Below, in pieces: positions 16,337 through 23,439 of a DNA stretch of 28,237 bases. The notes beneath the pieces were generated by a model, which saw nothing but the letters and a program-made list of their open reading frames with translations, did no database searches and was not told where the DNA came from. Source of the DNA: a virus. Lineage: Duplodnaviria; Caudoviricetes. Position numbers and translations under genes: made by a program. Position 1 is the stretch's first letter, and each line of letters starts with the position of its first letter. The stretch covers positions 1 through 28,237 of the IMG/VR virus record IMGVR_UViG_3300044630_002232; one strand, 5' to 3'.

Positions 16337-16725
16337 TGACCGCCCTGCTGCTGGCGTTGAGTTTAGTGCTCAACCCAGCAGCTCCACCCCGCTCTCACGG
16401 CGTGGCCTCGTGGTATGACGCAGAGCGCAAGGGGCAAAGCAGCTGGTACAGCCGCGCAGGCATAATCAATTACGCAGCTGCTGCAGGCTGGCGCTGGGGG
16501 CAAAAACCTTATATGCTGCGGGTCTGCCGGCAGGATGACAAAAACAAATGCGTGGTGGTGACCGTAGTTGACTGGTGTGGCAGGTGTAATAAAGATGCGG
16601 GGAGAAAGTGGAAAAAAAACAGCAGGATTCTAGACCTATCACCGGCAGCGTTTATGAAACTGGAAAGCCTGGGGCGCGGGCTAGTACGCGTAAGCATTCA
16701 GGCAATCCAACCGCGCGGGCGCTAA
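16336..16725 (+). CDS. Secreted RlpA-like double-psi beta-barrel (lytic transglycosylase/expansin-like) protein
   Basis: Hydrophobic signal peptide, GVASWY, VVVTVVDWCG, RILDLSPAAFMKL...GLVRV. Confidence 0.85.
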   Translation: MTALLLALSLVLNPAAPPRSHGVASWYDAERKGQSSWYSRAGIINYAAAAGWRWGQKPYMLRVCRQDDKNKCVVVTVVDWCGRCNKDAGRKWKKNSRILDLSPAAFMKLESLGRGLVRVSIQAIQPRGR

Positions 16726-17129
16726 TTGACGATTTCTCGCACGCGGTGCGTATATGGGCACACCGCCTGAAGGTAAGCCCAAACAAACTCTTTGGGATGA
16801 CTGAGCACCACCAGCGCAGCGTGCACTGGATGCGTGAGCGCTACTTTGGTGGCGTGGTGCCAACACTTGATGAGGTTGAGTGGGTGAAGGCGTATGCCCT
16901 AGCGATTACACAAACCCTTGCAGAGCCTACGCAACTGAAGCGCTACCAGCTAGTGGTTGAGCAAATGTGCCGCACTTGCGTAGGCGCAGAGCAGCGTGAC
17001 CGCTACCCAAAGTGCTGGGATGCAACCTGCCCACTGCGCCCCATTAGCCCGCTGCCGTTGGCGGATAGTGCCAAGACCAAGGCACCGCTTGACGCTGACC
17101 GCGCCTATGAGCGCCCAGGCGAGGCGTAG
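16608..17129 (+). CDS. Hypothetical protein with C-terminal CxxC...CxxxxCPL metal-binding motif (start uncertain)
   Basis: Only long + strand ORF filling the gap; the GTG 16608 start overlaps the RlpA-like gene by 118 nt. Confidence 0.6.
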   Translation: MEKKQQDSRPITGSVYETGKPGARASTRKHSGNPTARALIDDFSHAVRIWAHRLKVSPNKLFGMTEHHQRSVHWMRERYFGGVVPTLDEVEWVKAYALAITQTLAEPTQLKRYQLVVEQMCRTCVGAEQRDRYPKCWDATCPLRPISPLPLADSAKTKAPLDADRAYERPGEA

Positions 17130-17142
17130 TGTAGGATTCGGC

Positions 17143-17212
17143 AACGCCTGTGATTCACTCCACAGGCACCCCGCCCGCTGGTGGTGTCCTCCCACCGGCG
17201 GGCGCTATTATT
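17143..17212 (+). ncRNA. Candidate two-hairpin small RNA with anti-SD loops
   Basis: TAGGAT -10-like at 17132-17137; hairpin GCCTGTG/CACAGGC (loop ATTCACTC); 13-bp hairpin 17172-17204 (loop TGTCCTC); then CTATTATT. Confidence 0.5.
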
Positions 17213-17216
17213 AGGC

Positions 17217-17298
17217 GGGGCGGCGTAGATGCAGCGGCTCATATAGGCAATGCCTGAGCGTGCTAAACGCGGGGTGCAACTCCCCGCCCGCTCCATCA
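17217..17298 (+). ncRNA. tRNA-Ala/tmRNA-TLD-like mini RNA
   Basis: Acceptor GGGGCGG/CCGCTCC with G3:U70 and discriminator A; T-arm GCGGGG-TGCAACT-CCCCGC; no D-stem and no canonical anticodon loop. Confidence 0.6.
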
Positions 17299-17318
17299 TC
17301 AGAGTTAAGGGGAGGCGT

Positions 17319-17735
17319 ATGGCAAAGCAATCGGCAGCAGATAAGTGGACAGTGCTTACCGCCTACCTTGCTGAGCTGCAGGCTGCCTTGCTGCTCTCGC
17401 ATTGGCGCGTGAGCGTTGCACAAGATGCCAGCGATGTTGATGCCTGGGCTGATATCAGCGTTACCAGCCAAGCGGCCTTCACCGCTGAGATGCGAATAAG
17501 CCACGATTTCTGGCGGCAAGAGCCTGAGCGCCAGCGTGAGGTAATGATTCACGAGCTGCTACACCTGAATGCACACCAGGCTGATTCGGTGGTTGACAAT
17601 CTTGAAAAGCCGCTGGGTGAGATTGCGTGGGCAGTGTTCAGCCCACAGTACGAGGATGCCACTGAGCGCACGGTTGACCATATGGCAAAGGTGCTGGCGC
17701 AATTCCTACCGCTGCCAGAGTTTCCCAAGGCGTGA
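17319..17735 (+). CDS. HEXXH zincin-like protein (138 aa; start revised to ATG 17319)
   Basis: GGGGAGG RBS; VMIHELLH plus downstream E (TERTVD). Confidence 0.7.
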   Translation: MAKQSAADKWTVLTAYLAELQAALLLSHWRVSVAQDASDVDAWADISVTSQAAFTAEMRISHDFWRQEPERQREVMIHELLHLNAHQADSVVDNLEKPLGEIAWAVFSPQYEDATERTVDHMAKVLAQFLPLPEFPKA

Positions 17736-18046
17736 GGTTTCAGCGCCCCTGCCTTGATTGCGGAATACTCACACAGGGCGGAAACCGCTGCGAGGTGCAC
17801 CGGCGCGTAGCTCAAGCAAAGTGGAAGCAGGGCAGACCCAACCCGTACCTAAACCCAGCGTGGCGCAAGCTGAGCGCCCAGGTGCGCGCTAAGCGCCCGT
17901 GGTGTGAGGGATGCGGTGCCACTGGGGTGAGGCTGACCGTTGACCATATCCAGCCCCTGAGCGCAGGCGGGGCGCTGATTGTGCCAGAGCACGCGTTAAG
18001 GGTACTATGCTTGCAATGCCACGGCAGAGTGACGCGGCACAAATAG
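17732..18046 (+). CDS. HNH endonuclease (HK97 gp74-like packaging cofactor)
   Basis: RPCLDCG...C..H; Y...WRKL; CEGCG; VDHIQPLSAGG; LCLQCH. Confidence 0.9.
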   Translation: MRFQRPCLDCGILTQGGNRCEVHRRVAQAKWKQGRPNPYLNPAWRKLSAQVRAKRPWCEGCGATGVRLTVDHIQPLSAGGALIVPEHALRVLCLQCHGRVTRHK

Positions 18047-18059
18047 AGGGAGGGAAGCA

Positions 18060-18470
18060 ATGCCATTTAAAAACCCAGACCACAAAATTGCGGCACAGAG
18101 GCGAAGGCGAGGGGTGCTCAGCAGGCAGCAACTCAACGCTATGAATTTGAAGCAGCGCGCTTACAGGTATGGCATTACGATTACTGAAATTGAGCAGCAC
18201 ATTGCTCGTGGTTGCTTGGCGAAGCACATTAGTGACTGCAATGGCCCCATTCAAATTGACCACAGCCATAGTTGCTGCCCAGGCAATAACTCTTGTGGCA
18301 ATTGCGTCCGCGGGGCATTATGCCGGAGGCATAACATAGCGCTTGGCTATATAGAGATTGACCCAGCATTTACTGCGTGGGCAATTGCATCATATGCTCC
18401 ACTGTTTGATGCTCGCAATGAGATGCCAAGCAAGATTGATTGGGCAAAATTATTGAGGGGGGAACAATGA
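18060..18470 (+). CDS. Endonuclease VII-like nuclease
   Basis: YGIT...IDHSHSCC...SCGNCVRGALC..HN.ALG; lower GC. Confidence 0.85.
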   Translation: MPFKNPDHKIAAQRRRRGVLSRQQLNAMNLKQRAYRYGITITEIEQHIARGCLAKHISDCNGPIQIDHSHSCCPGNNSCGNCVRGALCRRHNIALGYIEIDPAFTAWAIASYAPLFDARNEMPSKIDWAKLLRGEQ

Positions 18471-19687
18471 GCCGCATTGCTTGGTATTCAAACAGCTGTG
18501 CCGTGCCAAGTGGCTATGGCCAGCAATCGGCTCAAGTGGTGCACAGGATGGTGCAGGACGGGCACGAGGTAGCGATTAGCGCCAACCACGGCGCAAGCGT
18601 AATGATGAATTGCGCGAGCGGGCACATCATCCTGCCTGAAGGGTTGATGCGCTACAGCATTGACGCTGCGCCAGAGAATATGAAAGCGTGGGCTGAGGGC
18701 AAGCCAGATTCGTTTGGGGTGGTGCTTTTTGATTTGTGGCCGCTCGTAGGTGTTGAGGGCTTTAAAGAGTTAAACCTTGCCTGCTGGACACCCGTAGACC
18801 ATAAACCCCTGCCACCAATGGTGCTGCAGTTTCTGCGTGAGGGAAGCCACCACGCTATTGCAATGAGTCAGTTTGGCGAGCAAGAGCTGCTTAGCGCGGG
18901 AGTTCCGCGCGCGGAGGTTTCCTATATTCCGCACGCCATTGACCGCACCGTGTTTAAAGACACAGGCAAGGGTGCGCGTGAGGCTATGGGGATTCCAGCG
19001 GATGCATTCCTCGTGGTAACTAATGCGGCCAACCGCGGGCGCATTCCCGTGCGCAAGGGCTTTGGTGAAATGGCTGATGCGATGAGCCGCTTGATGGCTG
19101 ACCGCAAAGATGTCTACTGGATGCTTCACACCGAGCCTAATGGGTTTAGCGAAGGCGTAAACATTCCGCGCCTAGTGGCGCACCTTGGGATTGACCAGCA
19201 GCGCGTGCGTTACCCGCACCCAATGCATTGGCGTAACGGAATCGCTGACAGTTCCATTGCCGCGATGTATTCAGCAAGCGATGTGCAGCTCCTGACTTCA
19301 ATGGGGGAAGGGTTTGGGATTCCTGCCGTGGAGGGGATGAGTGCAGGCCTGCCTTGCGTGGTTTCAGATTTCAGTGCACAGGCTGAGTTGATTGGCGTGC
19401 ATAGCCACAAGGTGCCGGTGCAACGCGTGTGGGATGAATACCAGCAATCCTTTTTCGGAATCCCGAATGTGGAGGCAATCTACAAAGCGCTGCAGGATGT
19501 CTATGAGGAAACCAAAGCGGGGAAGGTTGACCGCGCTGCCGTGGCAGCAGAAATGGCACGCTATGACGCTGACACCGTCTATGAGGAAAAGTGGAAGCCA
19601 CTCATTGCAATGATGAGCGCACGCCAGAAACCAGCGGCACAGCAGCCGCTTAACCGCGCAGCGCGCAGAGCGAAGGGGGGAAAGTAA
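18467..19687 (+). CDS. GT-B glycosyltransferase (GT4 / Glycos_transf_1-like; start revised to ATG 18467)
   Basis: SGYG, IPHAID, NAAN..RKG, MYSASDV...EGFGIPAVEGMSAGLP (EX7E). Confidence 0.92.
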   Translation: MSRIAWYSNSCAVPSGYGQQSAQVVHRMVQDGHEVAISANHGASVMMNCASGHIILPEGLMRYSIDAAPENMKAWAEGKPDSFGVVLFDLWPLVGVEGFKELNLACWTPVDHKPLPPMVLQFLREGSHHAIAMSQFGEQELLSAGVPRAEVSYIPHAIDRTVFKDTGKGAREAMGIPADAFLVVTNAANRGRIPVRKGFGEMADAMSRLMADRKDVYWMLHTEPNGFSEGVNIPRLVAHLGIDQQRVRYPHPMHWRNGIADSSIAAMYSASDVQLLTSMGEGFGIPAVEGMSAGLPCVVSDFSAQAELIGVHSHKVPVQRVWDEYQQSFFGIPNVEAIYKALQDVYEETKAGKVDRAAVAAEMARYDADTVYEEKWKPLIAMMSARQKPAAQQPLNRAARRAKGGK

Positions 19688-20166
19688 TGCACGATTACGA
19701 GGCAGCCTTTAAGCAGGGGCATTATTACAATGAGCTCGTGGGCGAGTACCTTGCGGTGCACGGAATTGCCAACACCGTACCGGCACTGGAGCTTGCAAAG
19801 GATAAGGCTGACCGCGCACGGTTCACCGCGCTTGAAAAGGATGTGGTGCTACTTGATGGGCGGGTGATTGAGGTAAAGGGTGTGAGCCCTGACTTTGACT
19901 GGGAGCCATCCAGCTACAAAGCCCGCAACACAATCATTGTGGACACAGAGAGCGGCTACCACGGCAAGGTAGTCAAGCCCATTGCCTATGTGTTTGTGAG
20001 CCGCGTGAGTGAGGCAATGCTGGTGATTAGCACGAAAACATTTGGGCAGTGGGAAGTTAAAGAGTTGCCAGACCATAGCCGCGGCATTGACCGTGAGCGC
20101 TTTCTGGTGGCGAGCACGAGCCTGCTCCGCCCGATGGATAAACTCATTGAGCACCTTGCTGCTTAA
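19687..20166 (+). CDS. Hypothetical protein with PD-(D/E)xK nuclease-like motif
   Basis: G...E, KDVV...IEVKG. Confidence 0.55.
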   Translation: MHDYEAAFKQGHYYNELVGEYLAVHGIANTVPALELAKDKADRARFTALEKDVVLLDGRVIEVKGVSPDFDWEPSSYKARNTIIVDTESGYHGKVVKPIAYVFVSRVSEAMLVISTKTFGQWEVKELPDHSRGIDRERFLVASTSLLRPMDKLIEHLAA

Positions 20167-20261
20167 TGGGGGGCGGGTTAGAATCTGCGCGCACGCACCC
20201 ACAGGGAATCCAGCGCCGAGTGCTCCGCACGCACCGTCATTTGCAGGGGGTAGGGGTTTAG
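20167..20261. other. Candidate cos/packaging-initiation region
   Basis: Non-coding gap just before TerS starting with GGGGGGCGGGTTAGAATCT, with GCACGCACC twice. This is the usual cos position in HNH plus P27-TerS phages (inference). Confidence 0.45.
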
Positions 20262-20747
20262 TTGCCTAAGGCAGTAGTTCCAAACGAAGTCAAAGCAAAG
20301 CGCGGCACGCTCAGACCTGACCGCGTGCCCACAGTTTCGCTAACGAATAGCCTCACGGGCGCAGCCGAATTGCCACCGCCTGAGGGCTTGGGTGTGGTGG
20401 CGCTGGAGGCTTGGCACCGAATCTTGGCGCACGCTGGCGGCTGGATTGCCGCTAGTGACCGCGAGGCGCTGACGATGCTGGTGCAGGCGATGGAGTTTCA
20501 CGCGCAGCTGAGCAAGCAGGTTGCAGAGCAGGGGGCAGTGTTACAAACAGACAAAGGCTATGCTTATGCCAATCCAGCAGTTGGAATGCGTGCAACCCAA
20601 GAGGGGGAAATTAGAAAGTGGATGAATCACTTGGGCTTGACACCGGCAGACCGCGCCAAGCTAGGGCTGGCAATGGTGGAAAGCGTAAGCAAGGTAGAGC
20701 AGTTTCGGCGCAGGATGCAAGGCAAGGATGGCCACCCCGCTGGCTGA
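20262..20747 (+). CDS. terS: Terminase small subunit (P27 family)
   Basis: K..RGTLRPDR, PPEGL, NPAV, LGLTPADRAKL. Confidence 0.92.
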   Translation: MPKAVVPNEVKAKRGTLRPDRVPTVSLTNSLTGAAELPPPEGLGVVALEAWHRILAHAGGWIAASDREALTMLVQAMEFHAQLSKQVAEQGAVLQTDKGYAYANPAVGMRATQEGEIRKWMNHLGLTPADRAKLGLAMVESVSKVEQFRRRMQGKDGHPAG

Positions 20748-22240
20748 CCCCGCTAGACCCCGCTGACCTTGAGCGAAGCCTTGGGGATGTGGTTGCGGAT
20801 TTCGCTGAGGCACTGGTGCCCATTGCCAAAGACTCACTGGGCGGGCTCGCAGGTGAGCCGTTGCAGTTCAGGGAATGGCAGCGCAGCCTACTCCGCCACC
20901 TGTTGGCGCGTAAGGCTGACCTATCTTTTACGCACCGCTTTTTCCTTGTAGGCGTTGCACGCAAGAATGGTAAGACCGCGCTGGCATCCACCCTGCCTAT
21001 TTTCTTTGGGCTTTATGGGGATAAGGGCGGGGAGATTCTAAGCGCAGCCAATGAGCGCGAGCAAGCCAAGCTGGTGTTCAGCCACGCCAAGCGGGCAGTG
21101 GAGTTAAACCCAGAGCTGGGCGCACAAATCAAACTGTACCGCGATGCTATGGAGTTTAAGGGTACGGGCACCGTATACAAAGCCATTAGCGCAGAGGCGT
21201 ACAGCAAGGAGGGCTTAAACGCTTCGCTGGTGCTCTATGACGAATTGGCTGCCGCGCCTAACCGTGAGCTGTTTGATGTGCTCAGCCTTTCAATGGGTGC
21301 AAGGCGTAGCCCGCTCTTTGTGGCAATCACCACGGCTGGCCCTAAGGTTGACACCACAGGCGTTGACTCCATTGCCTACACGCTTTACCAGCTCGCAAAG
21401 CGGCGCGTTGCCGGTGAGTCTGATGACACCACACTTGGTATGGCGTGGTGGGAAGCGGCAGAGGATGCCTACGAGGATGAAAGCCGCTGGCACGAGGCTA
21501 ACCCTGGGCTGCTTGGCGAGCAGCCAATTCTGAGCCTTGAGGATTTGCGCAGTGCGCGCAAGCGCACACCTGAGAGCGAGTACCGCACTAAGCGGCTTAA
21601 CCAATTCACGAATAGCGCCACAGCCTTTCTGCCTACAGGCGCGTGGGATGCGTGCGGTGACGCAAGCCTTACCCTTGCGCCAAGTGAGCCAATTGTTTTG
21701 GCGGTGGACGGCAGCTTTAGCAATGACAGCACGGCAGCCGTTGCGTGCCGCTTGAGCGATAAGGCGCTATTTGTGCTTGGTCATTGGGAGCGCCCAATTG
21801 ACGCTGACCTTTCGTGGCGTGTTTCTATGGATGAGGTTGAGGGGCGCATCATTGAGATTTGCCAAAACTACAATGTAGTGGAGGTTATCTTTGACCCATT
21901 CCGCTGGCAGCGTAGTATGGAGGCGCTGGCACAGCGTGGGCTGCCCGTAGCAGAAATGCCACAAACACCTTCACGGATGGTGCCAGCAACCAGCGGAATG
22001 TATGATGCGGTGGTGAATGGCAAGATTCGGCACACAGGTGACCCACGGCTTGCGCGGCACGCAGCCAATGCCACCCCGTACTACAGCAGAAATGGGATGA
22101 TGGTGCGCAAGCAGGCAGCCCACAGCAATAAAAAGATTGACTTGTTTGTTTCCGCTATTATGGCGTTGAGCCGTGCTGATACACTAGCAACAACAGTTGC
22201 GCCAAAGGCTGCGCCTGCGGTTCAGTTCATTGAGCTATAG
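20618..22240 (+). CDS. terL: Terminase large subunit (Terminase_1 family)
   Basis: Walker A VARKNGKT, Walker B LYDE, ITTAG, DGSFSND, FDPF, KKID. Confidence 0.96.
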   Translation: MDESLGLDTGRPRQARAGNGGKRKQGRAVSAQDARQGWPPRWLTPLDPADLERSLGDVVADFAEALVPIAKDSLGGLAGEPLQFREWQRSLLRHLLARKADLSFTHRFFLVGVARKNGKTALASTLPIFFGLYGDKGGEILSAANEREQAKLVFSHAKRAVELNPELGAQIKLYRDAMEFKGTGTVYKAISAEAYSKEGLNASLVLYDELAAAPNRELFDVLSLSMGARRSPLFVAITTAGPKVDTTGVDSIAYTLYQLAKRRVAGESDDTTLGMAWWEAAEDAYEDESRWHEANPGLLGEQPILSLEDLRSARKRTPESEYRTKRLNQFTNSATAFLPTGAWDACGDASLTLAPSEPIVLAVDGSFSNDSTAAVACRLSDKALFVLGHWERPIDADLSWRVSMDEVEGRIIEICQNYNVVEVIFDPFRWQRSMEALAQRGLPVAEMPQTPSRMVPATSGMYDAVVNGKIRHTGDPRLARHAANATPYYSRNGMMVRKQAAHSNKKIDLFVSAIMALSRADTLATTVAPKAAPAVQFIEL

Positions 22241-22251
22241 GGAGAAATAGA

Positions 22252-23439
22252 GTGGGAATTATTGACCGCATCCTTGGGCGAGAAACAGAAACTGAGCAGC
22301 GCGTTGTTGCACCGTGGTGGCCCTCAGACTATCCGCAACGCACCGCCGGTGTTTCAATCACACAGGAAAATGCTACCGCAATTGGAGCCGTATGGGCCGC
22401 GGTGAATCTCTATAGTTCAACGGTGGCAAGCCTGCCGTGGGGCGCATTTATCCGTGATGCTGGTGTGCGCAGACCCGTTAACCGCCCGCGCTGGATGGAT
22501 GTGCCAATTCCTAATAACCCTAACTACACGCCATTTGATTTCAAGCACCGTTTGGTTTCCAGCTTGCTGCTTGACGGCAACGCATTCATTCTGGTGCTGC
22601 GCTCACCTGACGGCGTAGTTGTTGAAACCCGCGTGCTTGACCCGCAAAAGGTTGAGTGCGTGCGCGGCGAGATGGGCGAGCCGCTTTACAAAATCACTAC
22701 ACAGGAAGGCAGCAGCACCCTTGGCGCTGAAAACATTGTGCACATTCCGCTGTTTGCAACGGGCGAGCATATGCGTGGAATGTCACCAATTGAGCACCAC
22801 CGCGTAACCCTTGGGCTTGCAAGCGCATCCCAATTGTTTGGCGCGAAGTTCTACGAGCAGGGCGCAACGGTTGGCGGTGTGGTGAAGGTGCCTGGTGAGT
22901 TGACGGCAGACCAAGCAGAGAATCTGCGCGCAGGATTTGCACGCAGGCACGAGGGTGTTGACCGCGCTTGGCGCGTTGCAGTGCTCACCGGCGGTGCTGA
23001 CTATTCACAGATGAGCGTAAAGATTTCTGACCTGCAGCTTGTAGAAACTCTGCACTGGGGTGTTGAAAGCATTGGCCGTATCTATGGTGTGCCCCTTCAG
23101 TACCTGCAATACCCAGGCGGCAACACATCCTACGCAAGCGCAGAGGCTCTTGGGCAGGCCTGGCTAGTTTTGGGGCTTGCTCCAATGCTTGCACGCATTG
23201 AGGCTGGCTTGCAGCGCCTTATCGTTGGAGAAACTACATTTATCAAGTTCAACACCGCTGGATTGCTGCGAGCAACGCAGCGTGAGCGTATGGATTCCTA
23301 TGCGGTTGCTTTGCAAAACGGAATTCTCACGCTAGATGAAGTGCGCACTTATGAGGATTTGCCGCGGCTCGCAGTTGGCGGTGACCAGCATTGGAAGCCA
23401 CTAAACATTGGCGTAGTAGGGGAGGAGCCGCAGCCTTGA
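22252..23439 (+). CDS. Portal protein, HK97 family
   Basis: V.SLP, LLLDGNAF, GMSPI, IGRIYGVP, GILTLDEVR..EDLP. Confidence 0.95.
   Translation: MGIIDRILGRETETEQRVVAPWWPSDYPQRTAGVSITQENATAIGAVWAAVNLYSSTVASLPWGAFIRDAGVRRPVNRPRWMDVPIPNNPNYTPFDFKHRLVSSLLLDGNAFILVLRSPDGVVVETRVLDPQKVECVRGEMGEPLYKITTQEGSSTLGAENIVHIPLFATGEHMRGMSPIEHHRVTLGLASASQLFGAKFYEQGATVGGVVKVPGELTADQAENLRAGFARRHEGVDRAWRVAVLTGGADYSQMSVKISDLQLVETLHWGVESIGRIYGVPLQYLQYPGGNTSYASAEALGQAWLVLGLAPMLARIEAGLQRLIVGETTFIKFNTAGLLRATQRERMDSYAVALQNGILTLDEVRTYEDLPRLAVGGDQHWKPLNIGVVGEEPQP

Noticed and set aside
17217-17298. Canonical tRNA-Ala gene or full tmRNA
   Set aside because: No D-stem, no 7-nt anticodon loop, a 6-bp T-stem, and too short for pseudoknots or a tag ORF; kept only as a tRNA-like element.
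17250-17318. N-terminal extension of the HEXXH ORF from ATG 17250
   Set aside because: Overlaps the tRNA-like structure and lacks an RBS; ATG 17319 has GGGGAGG.
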